Made by a program: the position numbers and the translations under genes
From: Bacteroidota bacterium
GTDB lineage: Bacteria; Bacteroidota; Bacteroidia; Bacteroidales; WCHB1-69
Length of the DNA stretch: 64,000 nucleotides
Assembly (NCBI GenBank): GCA_023413895.1
Contig: JAEZOU010000053.1
Location: 1,197-65,196, forward strand
Direction of reading: 5' to 3'
Notes under the pieces: generated by a model
Database searches by the model: none
Told to the model about the DNA's origin: nothing
The model's input: the letters and a program-made list of their open reading frames with translations, nothing else
Part shown: one piece after another, positions 1 to 9,404 of the stretch
Layout: the number at the start of each line of letters is the position of its first letter
How positions within the stretch are numbered: position 1 is the first letter of the stretch

Positions 1-45
1 AATAAATAATCCATCTATCGTTTTGATATCAATACTATTAATATT

Positions 46-984
46 ATGAAAAGAATTGCAAACATTATAGTACTCGTTATAGCCCTTGCAGCTTGTATCG
101 TGTCCTTTATCTTCGCAGGAAGTTTCGACGAAAAGAAGAAGGATAAGTACTATGCTACATTGCAAGTTAAGGAGTGTCATCCAGAGATGATTACAGACTT
201 GCAAAAGGCTACCCCTGAAGCTCTTCCTCAATATGTTGATAAATATCAAGCATTGATTGACTCTACAGAAACTCTTGTAAATCAAAAAGATCTACAAAGA
301 AATATTTTCTATACATTTATCAGTCACTTGTCAGAATTGCAAGATACTACTTTTGAGGCTTTTAAAAATGATTTTCCTCGTTACTCTTCAATCCTTTTCA
401 AAAAAGCTGATAATAAAGATTATTATGTAAACGGATTCAATAACGTTAAATCTTTTGACCAACTTTCCGATTATATTAATACTCTAAAAGCTGATTATGA
501 ATCTGTAAAACAAGATTATCTTGTTAGTGCAGCAGAATTAAAACAGATGAAAGAGGTTGTAAAATGGTCAAGCGATATTAATGCAGCTATCTCTGTTGAG
601 AAAAAACAACACGATTTAACACAATTACAAGATGAAGTAGCAGGATTCCAAAAACAAGCTAAATTGATTAACATCACAGTTAATCTTATCTATGTTTTGG
701 CGTTCCTAACTATTGCATTATTGTTGTTCTTTGCTATTCGTGGCATCGCTTCTGATTTCAAAAGTTCCATGGGTATGTTGTTAGGTATTGTTGCTTTGAT
801 TGTTGTATTCCTTATTGGATACTTTGTAAGCCCAGACGTTCATGGACCATCAGCAGTGAAAGAGAATTTGATGCCTTCAACTATTAAATTAGTAGGTGCT
901 GGAGCAATTACAACTTATGTTGTGTTCTTTGGCGCAATCTTATCAATTTTTGCAACTGTAATTATCAACGCATTTAAAAAGTAA
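46..984 (+). CDS. Uncharacterised integral membrane protein (N-terminal TM, ~180-aa charged helical domain, three C-terminal TM helices) heading the exbD pair
   Basis: 312-aa ORF. Hydrophobic segments IIVLVIALAACIVSFIFAG, ITVNLIYVLAFLTIALLLFFAI, MLLGIVALIVVFLIGYFV, AITTYVVFFGAILSIFATVIINAF. Stop lies 4 nt before the next ATG (989). No family motif recognised. Confidence 0.6.
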   Translation: MKRIANIIVLVIALAACIVSFIFAGSFDEKKKDKYYATLQVKECHPEMITDLQKATPEALPQYVDKYQALIDSTETLVNQKDLQRNIFYTFISHLSELQDTTFEAFKNDFPRYSSILFKKADNKDYYVNGFNNVKSFDQLSDYINTLKADYESVKQDYLVSAAELKQMKEVVKWSSDINAAISVEKKQHDLTQLQDEVAGFQKQAKLINITVNLIYVLAFLTIALLLFFAIRGIASDFKSSMGMLLGIVALIVVFLIGYFVSPDVHGPSAVKENLMPSTIKLVGAGAITTYVVFFGAILSIFATVIINAFKK

Positions 985-988
985 TAAT

Positions 989-1558
989 ATGGCTAGAAAA
1001 GTACCTGGAATTAATACCGGTTCTTCTGCAGATATTTCATTTCTTTTGTTGACATTCTTCTTGCTTACCTCTTCTATCAATACAGAACAAGGTATTCCAA
1101 GACGCCTTCCACCCCCAGCAACAAAGGAGGTGGTGGCACCTATCAACCAAAGAAATATCCTAAACGTAATCGTTAACTTCAAAGATGAAATCTTTGTAAA
1201 TAACGAACATGCAAATATTACGCAGTTGAAGGATAGAGCAAAGGATTTCTTAGCGAACCCTTATAATATTGCTACGCTTCCTGAAAAAGAGATTAAAGCT
1301 ATCGAAAATTTAGGAGAATATCCTGTTTCTAAAGGCGTTATCTCTATCACTAATGATGACGGAACAACGTATGATACCTATATCCAAGTGCAAAATGAGC
1401 TCCAAAAAGCGATAAATGAACTCCGCGATGAGTTGTCTATCAATAAATTTGGTAAAAAGTTCGATATCTTGGATACAGCTCAACAAAATGCAATTAAGAA
1501 GGCAATTCCTATGAATATCTCTGAAGCGCCGCAAAATAAATTTGGATCAACAGAATAA
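989..1558 (+). CDS. exbD: Biopolymer transport protein ExbD/TolR family
   Basis: 189 aa. N-terminal single TM INTGSSADISFLLLTFFLLTSS is typical of Bacteroidota ExbD, followed by a periplasmic domain. Confidence 0.85.
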   Translation: MARKVPGINTGSSADISFLLLTFFLLTSSINTEQGIPRRLPPPATKEVVAPINQRNILNVIVNFKDEIFVNNEHANITQLKDRAKDFLANPYNIATLPEKEIKAIENLGEYPVSKGVISITNDDGTTYDTYIQVQNELQKAINELRDELSINKFGKKFDILDTAQQNAIKKAIPMNISEAPQNKFGSTE

Positions 1559-1568
1559 AAATAAGAAT

Positions 1569-2063
1569 ATGGCTCGTTTTAAACAAGACTCAAAAAAGGA
1601 AGTTCCTGAGTTGAACTTAGGTTCTATGTCCGACATTATCTTTACGATTCTGTTCTTCTTTATGGTGATTACCAATATGCGCGAATCTAATGTTAAAGTC
1701 GATTATAAAACTCCGGCAGCAACTGAAATCCAAAAATTGGAGAAAAAATCTTTGGTGGCTACAATTTATATCGGTACCCCAAAAAGCCCAGAGGAAAATA
1801 CAATCCCTCCTGGAAATATCTCAATCCAACTTAACGATCAAACTGTTCCTCAAAAGGATTTGACAAATCGAGTTAAGGAGTTTATCAAGATTGAAAAGGA
1901 TGCTCGCCCAACAGAAGAGGAGAAAAATATGTTAACTTTCTCTCTAAAAATCGATAAAAACGTTGAAATGCGTTATGTAAGTACTATTAAGACAGAATTA
2001 CGTAACAATAATGCCCTAAAAATCAACTATGCTACCGGTAAAAAGGTAGATATGAAAAAGTAG
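1569..2063 (+). CDS. exbD: Biopolymer transport protein ExbD/TolR family (second paralogue)
   Basis: ELNLGSMSDIIFTILFFFMV TM motif. ATG 1569 (MARFKQD...) preferred over track start 1542, which overlaps the upstream gene by 17 nt. Confidence 0.8.
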   Translation: MARFKQDSKKEVPELNLGSMSDIIFTILFFFMVITNMRESNVKVDYKTPAATEIQKLEKKSLVATIYIGTPKSPEENTIPPGNISIQLNDQTVPQKDLTNRVKEFIKIEKDARPTEEEKNMLTFSLKIDKNVEMRYVSTIKTELRNNNALKINYATGKKVDMKK

Positions 2064-2095
2064 TTGACCATTATTAACCTAATAATATTATACGT

Positions 2096-4063
2096 ATGAA
2101 AAGATTTTTATTATCAATTGCAATTTGTATGGTAGCAGTTACTGTTGTGGCGCAAAATCCTACGAAAGTGTCTAAAGTTCCTGCAACAAACCATCAAGCC
2201 TCTGCAAAAGTTACCTCTATTACAGGAAATGAGGCTGTTCCTACAAACTATGTTCCACAACAAATGAGAAATCCTGTTTGGGGAGCTATTGGTGAAACTT
2301 ATTATGATGCTGTTACAAACGCATCTTCTCGTCCAACAGTAGCTACTTGGAATGATGGAACTGCAGCTGTTGTTTGGACTATGGCAACAAACAACACAAA
2401 CCGTAAGACGGGTTACAATTATTACAATGGTACAGAATGGGGTGAAGCTCCAGACCCTGCTACCGGTGGTGTTGAGACTCAAAGAACTGGTTGGGGTGTT
2501 ATCGCTCCTCTTAACAATGGTGAAATCGTGGTTTCTCACGACGGTGCATCAGCTTTGGTTATTGCTAAAAGAGCAACTAAAGGTACTGGCGATTGGACTG
2601 AAACTACACTTACAGGTCCTGCTGTAACAAGTAGCGTTACAGGCGCAACTAGTACTGCTTTGTTATGGCCAGTTGTAGCTACCGTTGGAGATACTGTTCA
2701 TATTTTTGCTTGTACTGAGTCTGATACAGATTATCACTTCAATGGTGGATCTGCTGCAACTTTAGTATATTATCGTTCTTGTGATGGTGGTAATACTTGG
2801 GATATTCAAGCAAGAGTGTTGGAATGCTTAACCGCTTCTGATATTGAATCAATTGGTGGTGATGATTATAGTATCGTAGCAAGAAATGGAAAAATTGTCC
2901 TTTTAATGGGATATAAATTCCACGATACGTTCTACTGCGAATCTAATGACGGTGGTAACACTTGGACAAAACACATGGTTTACCCATTCCCAGGTGGTTC
3001 TGATTTCAACTTTGACACCGACTTCTTCGGACCTTGCGCTCTTAACGATAATACTATGGATGTTGCTATTGATGATAATGGCATTGTGCATGTTGTGTTC
3101 GGTACTCAAAGATGTGCAAGAGATGCTCAAAATGAACCAGGATATTACTCATATTACGCATTTAGCGAACATGATGGTATTATCTATTGGAACTCTACAA
3201 TGGATCCACTTCCAGAATTAGATTCTGTATATCTTTCAACTTTCCCATATCGTATCGGAAGACCAAATTTGGATGGTGATGATACTATTTGGTACTCAGG
3301 TGCTGATGGCATTTCTTTACCAGAATATAGAAATAATGGTGCTTGTACTCACCCTCAAATCGTGGCTGAAAATGGTAAAGTATATGTAGTTTGGGCAGCA
3401 GCTTTGGAAGCTCCATATATCTGCACTGCTTTCTCTACTTACTATTATGGTATCTTTGCAACCGTTTCTGAAGATAATGGTCAAACTTGGACTGTTGACG
3501 GAAATACAAGTTGGTTATCTTATAACAAAGATACCTATTTCATTGATTGGGAAAGTACAGCATTGTATGGTGAATTGTTCATCGAACAAGAATCTGAAAA
3601 CTTCTGGCCAAGTGTAGGCGCGCAAACTGCAAATGGAAATTTAGCTGTTCAATGGTACTTTGACTATACTCCAGGTAATACAGCAGGTATCTCATCAGAA
3701 GCTACTAACGTTTATGGTATGATGGTTCCTGTTGATGAAGTTGGTGTATTCTGCAATACTCAAGAGGTTTATGAAGGAACTTGGAACTGGATTGGAATTG
3801 AAGAAAACACTCTTTCAGAAATGAAAGTATATCCAAATCCTGCAGTTGATGTTGTAAATGTTACTATTAGTTCAAAAGAAAATGCTAATGCTAATGTTAC
3901 AATTACTAATCTTATGGGTCAAGTGGTTTATAACCAAAATCATAGCTTAGTAGCTGGAAATAATAGCATTCAATTAGATGTTGCTAACTATAATGCTGGT
4001 GTTTATGTTGTTAATGTAAAAACTAACACTGGTGTTTCTTCTCAAAAAGTAATCGTTAGATAA
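2096..4063 (+). CDS. Secreted BNR/Asp-box repeat (sialidase-like beta-propeller) protein with T9SS type-A C-terminal sorting domain
   Basis: Signal peptide MKRFLLSIAICMVAVTVVAQ. Asp-box motifs SCDGGNTW, SNDGGNTW, SEDNGQTW. C-terminus KVYPNPAVDVVNV...GVYVVNVKTNTGVSSQKVIVR. Confidence 0.8.
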   Translation: MKRFLLSIAICMVAVTVVAQNPTKVSKVPATNHQASAKVTSITGNEAVPTNYVPQQMRNPVWGAIGETYYDAVTNASSRPTVATWNDGTAAVVWTMATNNTNRKTGYNYYNGTEWGEAPDPATGGVETQRTGWGVIAPLNNGEIVVSHDGASALVIAKRATKGTGDWTETTLTGPAVTSSVTGATSTALLWPVVATVGDTVHIFACTESDTDYHFNGGSAATLVYYRSCDGGNTWDIQARVLECLTASDIESIGGDDYSIVARNGKIVLLMGYKFHDTFYCESNDGGNTWTKHMVYPFPGGSDFNFDTDFFGPCALNDNTMDVAIDDNGIVHVVFGTQRCARDAQNEPGYYSYYAFSEHDGIIYWNSTMDPLPELDSVYLSTFPYRIGRPNLDGDDTIWYSGADGISLPEYRNNGACTHPQIVAENGKVYVVWAAALEAPYICTAFSTYYYGIFATVSEDNGQTWTVDGNTSWLSYNKDTYFIDWESTALYGELFIEQESENFWPSVGAQTANGNLAVQWYFDYTPGNTAGISSEATNVYGMMVPVDEVGVFCNTQEVYEGTWNWIGIEENTLSEMKVYPNPAVDVVNVTISSKENANANVTITNLMGQVVYNQNHSLVAGNNSIQLDVANYNAGVYVVNVKTNTGVSSQKVIVR

Positions 4064-4086
4064 TTTTTTCTATCATAAGGCATTAT

Positions 4087-4118
4087 AAGGCTGCCCATAT
4101 AAGGCAGCCTTATTTGCA
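4087..4118 (+). terminator. Rho-independent terminator
   Basis: Stem aaggctgcc (4087-4095) pairs with ggcagcctt (4103-4111), followed by a weak T-rich tail. Confidence 0.6.
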
Positions 4119-4133
4119 ATAAACAAGAGTTGT

Positions 4134-5003
4134 ATGAAATCAATGACTGGATTCGGAAAAAACTGTTTCACAATGGAAGGTAAAACAGTTTCCGTAGAGA
4201 TAAGAACCCTAAATAGCAAGCAAGTAGATTTGTCGGTTCGCATTCCCGCATCTTTCAGAGAAAAAGAGAGTGAAATTAGAACCTATGTAGTTCGAGAATT
4301 GGAAAGAGGAAAAATTGATGTCAATATCAATTTGGAAAAAACGGAAAAGCAACCTATTTCTATCAATACAGAATTGGCAAAAACTTATTATGAACATCTT
4401 ACGAAACTCTCTCAGGAGTTGAATAATCCTATATCCAGCGATATCTTTATTCAAACTCTTAAAATGCCAGAGGTGATATCTACCATTATCGAAGAGTATT
4501 CAGAAGAGTTTTGGAAGCAATTTTTTTCTACTTTATCTCAAACTTGTACTGATGTTAATAATTTTCGCAAAGAGGAAGGTAACCATTTAGCAAAAGATTT
4601 TATCAAGAGAATTACCCTTATTGATAAAATGATTGATGAAGTTACACCTTTTGAAGAGGAGAGAATTGTCTTAATAAGAAAGAAAATTGAGGAGTCTTTA
4701 GAAAAGTTATCTCTCACTGAGAAATATGATAAAAATAGATTTGAGCAGGAGATGTTTTTCTATATTGAAAAATTGGATATCACTGAAGAAAAAGTGCGAT
4801 TGCGCAAACATTGTAATTATTTCATAGAAACAATGCAGCAAAATGAATCTAATGGTAAAAAGTTAGGTTTTATACTTCAAGAGATTGGAAGAGAAGTAAA
4901 TACTCTTGGTTCCAAATGTAATCATTTTAATATTCAACAAGTTGTAGTTAGAATGAAAGATGAAGTGGAGAAGATGAAGGAGCAATTGGCAAATATTTTA
5001 TAG
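4134..5003 (+). CDS. yicC: YicC family stress-induced protein
   Basis: 289 aa. MKSMTGFGK N-terminus and C-terminal EIGREVNTLGSKCN motif are characteristic of YicC/UPF0701. Confidence 0.85.
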   Translation: MKSMTGFGKNCFTMEGKTVSVEIRTLNSKQVDLSVRIPASFREKESEIRTYVVRELERGKIDVNINLEKTEKQPISINTELAKTYYEHLTKLSQELNNPISSDIFIQTLKMPEVISTIIEEYSEEFWKQFFSTLSQTCTDVNNFRKEEGNHLAKDFIKRITLIDKMIDEVTPFEEERIVLIRKKIEESLEKLSLTEKYDKNRFEQEMFFYIEKLDITEEKVRLRKHCNYFIETMQQNESNGKKLGFILQEIGREVNTLGSKCNHFNIQQVVVRMKDEVEKMKEQLANIL

Positions 5004-5025
5004 TTAATCTTGATAAATAGGAATT

Positions 5026-6330
5026 ATGACAAATATAGTATCATTAGTTGGAACCCCAAATGTAGGGAAATCAACCTTTTTTAACCGTCTAACCCAAACA
5101 CGTGAGGCTATTGTTGATGCAGTGGCAGGTGTTACCCGTGACAGAAAATATGGAAAATCTGATTGGGCTGGTTACGAATTTTCAGTTATTGATACAGGTG
5201 GCTATGTGGTGGGTTCTGATGATATTTTCGAAACGGAAATTCGTCGCCAAGTAGCTCTCGCAGTGGAAGAATCTGATGTTATTATCTTTATGGTTGATGG
5301 TCGTGAAGGGCTGACCCCACTTGATGAAGATGTGGCGTCGATGCTCAGAAAATGTAAAAAACCATTCTATTTAGCTGTAAATAAGATTGATAGTCCAAGT
5401 AATTATTATGATTATAGTGAGTTTTATGCTTTAGGCTTTGAACAGATTTTTCCTATCTCAGCAATGTCTGGTAGTGGAACTGGAGAGCTTTTGGATCAAG
5501 TAGTTACGCACTTTACGAAAGATGAACAGGAGGATTATTCCGATTTACCACGTATTACCATTGTAGGAAAACCAAATGTGGGAAAATCTTCAATTGTGAA
5601 TACTTTCTTGGGGTCTGACCAACATATTGTAACTCCAATTGCAGGTACAACTCGGGATACCATTTTTACACGTTATAATAGTTTTGGTTTCGATTTTTAT
5701 CTTGTAGATACGGCAGGATTACGCAAAAAGAAAAAGGTTGAGGAGAATATAGAATTTTATTCTGTAATGCGTGCGGTACGTGCAATTGAAAATAGTGATG
5801 TGTGTATTGTGATGTGTGATGCTTCGGAAGGTTTTGATGCGCAGGATTTGAATATTTTCAGCTTAGCAGCAAGAAATAGAAAAGGTATTGTATTGGTAAT
5901 GAATAAATGGGATTTGGTTGAAAAAACGCATAAAACCCACAAAGAGTATGAAGAATCAGTAAAGAAAAGAATTGCACCATTCTCCGATATTCCAATTATT
6001 TTTACATCCGTTTTAAATAAACAGAGAATTTATAAAGTTTTGGAAACAGCTGTATCTGTCTGTCATAATAGGGAAAGACGTATAAGTACTTCAGAATTAA
6101 ATGAGAAAATTTTACCGCTCATTAAACAAACACCGCCGCCAATTGTCAAAGATAAGGTGGTGAGAATAAAATATGCTACTCAACTTCCAACTTCTTTTCC
6201 AGCATTTGCGTTTTTCTGTAATTTACCACAATATGTTAGAGAGGATTATAAACGATATTTAGAAAATAGAATTCGTGAACTTTGGGATTTTTCAGGTGTT
6301 CCTATAGAGATATATTTTAGAAAAAAATAG
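5026..6330 (+). CDS. der: Ribosome-associated GTPase Der (EngA), tandem GTPase domains
   Basis: Two P-loops (GTPNVGKST, GKPNVGKSS), two DTGG/DTAG motifs, NKID/NKWD motifs, KH-like C-terminus. Confidence 0.95.
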   Translation: MTNIVSLVGTPNVGKSTFFNRLTQTREAIVDAVAGVTRDRKYGKSDWAGYEFSVIDTGGYVVGSDDIFETEIRRQVALAVEESDVIIFMVDGREGLTPLDEDVASMLRKCKKPFYLAVNKIDSPSNYYDYSEFYALGFEQIFPISAMSGSGTGELLDQVVTHFTKDEQEDYSDLPRITIVGKPNVGKSSIVNTFLGSDQHIVTPIAGTTRDTIFTRYNSFGFDFYLVDTAGLRKKKKVEENIEFYSVMRAVRAIENSDVCIVMCDASEGFDAQDLNIFSLAARNRKGIVLVMNKWDLVEKTHKTHKEYEESVKKRIAPFSDIPIIFTSVLNKQRIYKVLETAVSVCHNRERRISTSELNEKILPLIKQTPPPIVKDKVVRIKYATQLPTSFPAFAFFCNLPQYVREDYKRYLENRIRELWDFSGVPIEIYFRKK

Positions 6331-6365
6331 TAGTAAAAGTGCGTTGTGAATATAAAAATTATTTG

Positions 6366-6373
6366 TACTTTTG
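6366..6373 (+). promoter_or_regulatory. Bacteroidota sigma-A -7 box (TAnnTTTG)
   Basis: TACTTTTG, 55 nt upstream of ATG 6429. Confidence 0.55.
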
Positions 6374-6428
6374 CACCGCTTAATGAGAATGTGAAAAAAT
6401 AATATTATTAACCAAAAAAAATTACAAG

Positions 6429-7742
6429 ATGAAAAAAATTTACATGCTTTTAGTGGCAATTTTGGTGGTGAATTTCTCTTTCGCACAAATTGCTAAACAA
6501 GACGTTAGAACTGATGGTTTGAAAGGTATTGGAAAACCTGTTTACCACAATACAGCAGTTAAAGCTGGTGCTGGTAGCTATTGGTATGACCTTACAGACG
6601 GTTTGTGGTCTTCTATGCCAGGATTTGACTTCTCAACAAGTCAAGTTTTGATGTTACAAGACTCTGTGGCTTTGATTCACTATTCTAATGGTGATGGTCG
6701 TCCACAATTCTTTAGTATGGCTCAAGTTTTTGATTTCTCTGATCCTAATTGGGTGTACTTCTATGAAAACTACTTCGATGAAGAAACTGGTATGCCAATT
6801 CCTGTTCCTGCAATGACAGAAACAAACTCTTATTCTATTGACTCTATGTCTTGTGTCGTTGCTTACTTAAGAGGTGACAATGTGCCAGCTGACGTAGTGG
6901 ATACTTTAGTTATGACAATAGCTGCTTTCAGCGATACATTGCAATATATGTCAATTGGTTCTAACACTGAAGCTGGTTTTGAAACATGGTGGAGCCAACC
7001 ATGGGTGCCATTCAGCTTGAATAATTATACTATTCCATCTCAATATGATGATGAGGGTACAACTATGGTATATGATTACTATTATACAGTTAAACTTCCT
7101 TTGACTGCAGATGATGATTGTATGGTTGATTCTACTTCTTTCCAATGGGCTACAGTTTCAGTGCCAGTTGAAGGTTTTGAAAACCTTACAACTAAAAGCA
7201 TTATTGTAAGCTATTCTTTTATTTCTGCTTCTCCAAGAACATTAGATACCGAATATGGTGTTGATTGTAGCAGTTTGCGCGGTTACATTATGGAAGACCC
7301 TCGCGAAGGTTATGATGTAGATGGTTCAGATGCTAGCATTAACGATTTTAACACCTCTTTGTGTGCTATGGAATACTCTTACGATCCTTCAATTCTTTTC
7401 TATGAAGGATATGTAAATAATAAAATTTGGTTAGGTGCTCTCAAACGTCCTGCTATCGGTGTTCATGTTACTTGTGATGATTGTGCATGGGTTAATATCG
7501 AAGATATGGAAGAAGAGATGGTAGTTCGTCCAAATCCTGCAACTGATGCTTTCACTGTTGATTTCGCACAAGATGCTCCAGCTACAGTTCAATTATTCAA
7601 TTTAGTTGGTCAACAAGTATATAGCTCAGAAGTTAACGCTTCTAACTTAAGCGTAAACGTTAGCGAATTCAATCCTGGCGTTTATATGCTTCGCGTTTCT
7701 CAAAACGACAAAGTTTACACATCTAAAGTTATTGTAAAATAA
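6429..7742 (+). CDS. Secreted protein of unknown function with T9SS type-A C-terminal sorting domain
   Basis: Signal peptide MKKIYMLLVAILVVNFSFAQ. C-terminus VRPNPATDAFTVDF...GVYMLRVSQNDKVYTSKVIVK. No catalytic motif recognised in the body. Confidence 0.75.
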   Translation: MKKIYMLLVAILVVNFSFAQIAKQDVRTDGLKGIGKPVYHNTAVKAGAGSYWYDLTDGLWSSMPGFDFSTSQVLMLQDSVALIHYSNGDGRPQFFSMAQVFDFSDPNWVYFYENYFDEETGMPIPVPAMTETNSYSIDSMSCVVAYLRGDNVPADVVDTLVMTIAAFSDTLQYMSIGSNTEAGFETWWSQPWVPFSLNNYTIPSQYDDEGTTMVYDYYYTVKLPLTADDDCMVDSTSFQWATVSVPVEGFENLTTKSIIVSYSFISASPRTLDTEYGVDCSSLRGYIMEDPREGYDVDGSDASINDFNTSLCAMEYSYDPSILFYEGYVNNKIWLGALKRPAIGVHVTCDDCAWVNIEDMEEEMVVRPNPATDAFTVDFAQDAPATVQLFNLVGQQVYSSEVNASNLSVNVSEFNPGVYMLRVSQNDKVYTSKVIVK

Positions 7743-7761
7743 TTTCTCTTAGATAAATGAG

Positions 7762-7795
7762 AAAAGGGGCTGCTTCGGTAGCCCCTTTTTTTGTA
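7762..7795 (+). terminator. Rho-independent terminator
   Basis: ggggctgc-ttcg-gtagcccc hairpin (7766-7785) followed by a T-run. Confidence 0.8.
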
Positions 7796-7801
7796 TTTTT
7801 G
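7794..7801 (+). promoter_or_regulatory. Bacteroidota -7 box (TAnnTTTG)
   Basis: TATTTTTG, 16 nt upstream of ATG 7818. It lies inside the track ORF's spurious N-terminal extension. Confidence 0.6.
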
Positions 7802-7817
7802 CCAAAAAATATTTACA

Positions 7818-8195
7818 ATGAAAAAACTATATTTATTGTTGATAATCGCCCTATTAGTAGGCTGTAAAAGCGCGGAAAAAGTCATTAAGAATGACCCTAG
7901 TGGGGAAACCTTTATGATAAAGACAGGTGAAACATTTGAGGTGCATTTCTTATCGAATGCTTCGCTAGGTACAAAATGGATTTGGAAAAATAAAGAGTCT
8001 GTTGCTATTGTTGATTCTGTAGGTCTTCGTTATGAGCAAAAGGCTCCCGAAGGAATGGTAGGTGCTGCTTCGGATATGTTTTACAAATTTGAAGGGGTAA
8101 AACCAGGAACTGATACGTTAGAGTTTTGGTCATGTCGTGTTTGGGAAAAAGATACTCCTTTGAAAGTGGTTAAGAAGATTGTTAAAGTGAAATAG
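7818..8195 (+). CDS. Lipoprotein, chagasin-type peptidase inhibitor (I42 family)-like
   Basis: Lipobox LLVGC. SNASLGTKWIW resembles the NPTTGYxW motif, and VGAASDMFYKFEGVKPGTDTLEFWSCRVWE resembles the GxGGxxxFxF...G...L.F.Y.RPWE motif. Confidence 0.65.
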   Translation: MKKLYLLLIIALLVGCKSAEKVIKNDPSGETFMIKTGETFEVHFLSNASLGTKWIWKNKESVAIVDSVGLRYEQKAPEGMVGAASDMFYKFEGVKPGTDTLEFWSCRVWEKDTPLKVVKKIVKVK

Positions 8196-8200
8196 CGTCT

Positions 8201-9400
8201 ATGCATTTACACGTTGCTATTCCAGCTATTGATGAATTGGGTCATCTACCGATAACATTAGATAATTTGGCTGCACAAAGAGTTGACTATCCTTTTACGG
8301 TATATGTTTGTGTCAATCAGCCCGAAAGTTGGTGGAAAAATCCTGATAAGATTGATGTGTGTCAGAATAACCAGCAACTGCTAAAATTTATTCAAAACTA
8401 TCCAAAACTGCCCGTAGAAATTATTGATAAATCATCGCCGGGAAATGGTTGGAGTGAGAAAAATCATGGCGTAGGTTGGGCAAGAAGAACATTATTTGAC
8501 CATATTTTGTCTGTTGCTACCGCAGAAGATGTAATTGTAAGTTTAGATGCAGATACTTGTGTAGAGCCAGAATATTTACAATCTATAGGTGAAAATTTTG
8601 AAAATAGAACATTAACAGCAGTTTCTTTGCCGTACTATCACCGCTTGACAGATGATGACGCTGCAAATCGTGCAATTTTGCGTTATGAAATCTATATGCG
8701 CAGTTATCTGATAAACATGTATGGTATTAGTTCCCCCTATAATTTCACAGCAGTGGGTTCTGCTATTGCTGTTCGTGTGGAGGCATTGCGCAAAATAGGT
8801 AACATAACGCCGATGAAAAGTGGTGAGGATTTCTATCTGTTGCAGAAGTTGCGCAAAATGGCACCTATTTCTAATTGGAATGCGCAAACTGTTTATCCTG
8901 CAGCGCGCTTCTCTGCACGCGTGTATTTCGGTACGGGTCCTGCTATGATAAAGGGAAATGAAGGACATTGGGAAAGTTATCCGATTTATCATCACTCCCT
9001 TTTTTCTTCGATAAAGGATACCTATTTGCAACTTTCGAAGCTTTATACGGAAGATTTTGAAACACCATTTTTGCAATTTTTAAAAGAGCAATATCGTGAC
9101 GATAAATTGTGGGTTCCAATTCGGCAAAACTCTAAAACTCTAGAACGTTTTGAACGTGCTTTTCATGAAAAAGCAGATGGACTGCGACTTTTGCAATATT
9201 TGAAAGAGGTTAATCCTACGCAAGGGAAAACAGATTCGGTTGCACTTCGAGAAAATATGATGCACTTTTTTGATGGAGCGATTCCTGATTTTATGCCAGA
9301 AAGCTACGAACTCAGTGACCTAACAACAGAGCAATTGGATATTATTAGAAATATGCTTTTTGAGAAAGAGATGCAATTAAGAAAATGTGAAAATAGTTGA
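8201..9400 (+). CDS. Glycosyltransferase family 2-like protein with long helical C-terminal extension
   Basis: 399 aa. N-terminal Rossmann-like segment with DxD-type SLDADT and GEDFYLLQK. Starts 5 nt after the upstream stop. Confidence 0.55.
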   Translation: MHLHVAIPAIDELGHLPITLDNLAAQRVDYPFTVYVCVNQPESWWKNPDKIDVCQNNQQLLKFIQNYPKLPVEIIDKSSPGNGWSEKNHGVGWARRTLFDHILSVATAEDVIVSLDADTCVEPEYLQSIGENFENRTLTAVSLPYYHRLTDDDAANRAILRYEIYMRSYLINMYGISSPYNFTAVGSAIAVRVEALRKIGNITPMKSGEDFYLLQKLRKMAPISNWNAQTVYPAARFSARVYFGTGPAMIKGNEGHWESYPIYHHSLFSSIKDTYLQLSKLYTEDFETPFLQFLKEQYRDDKLWVPIRQNSKTLERFERAFHEKADGLRLLQYLKEVNPTQGKTDSVALRENMMHFFDGAIPDFMPESYELSDLTTEQLDIIRNMLFEKEMQLRKCENS

Positions 9401-9404
9401 TAAT

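Noticed and set aside
3881-3896. Short tandem repeat aatgct-aatgct-aatg
   Set aside because: It encodes ENANAN in frame within the T9SS CTD of the BNR protein. It is too short and isolated to be a repeat element or CRISPR.
7791-7817. Track ORF N-terminal extensions starting at TTG/GTG (also 22486, 41791, 50601, 63513, 30365, 9387)
   Set aside because: For 7791, 22486, 41791, 50601 and 63513 the extension contains the TAnnTTTG -7 box itself. 9387 overlaps the upstream gene, and 30365 is a GTG upstream of a canonical ATG. In every case a downstream ATG gives a canonical signal peptide or family N-terminus.
8612-9076. 154-aa antisense ORF inside the GT2-like gene
   Set aside because: It lies antisense to a better-supported frame, has a Cys/Arg-rich low-complexity translation, and has no promoter box or start context.
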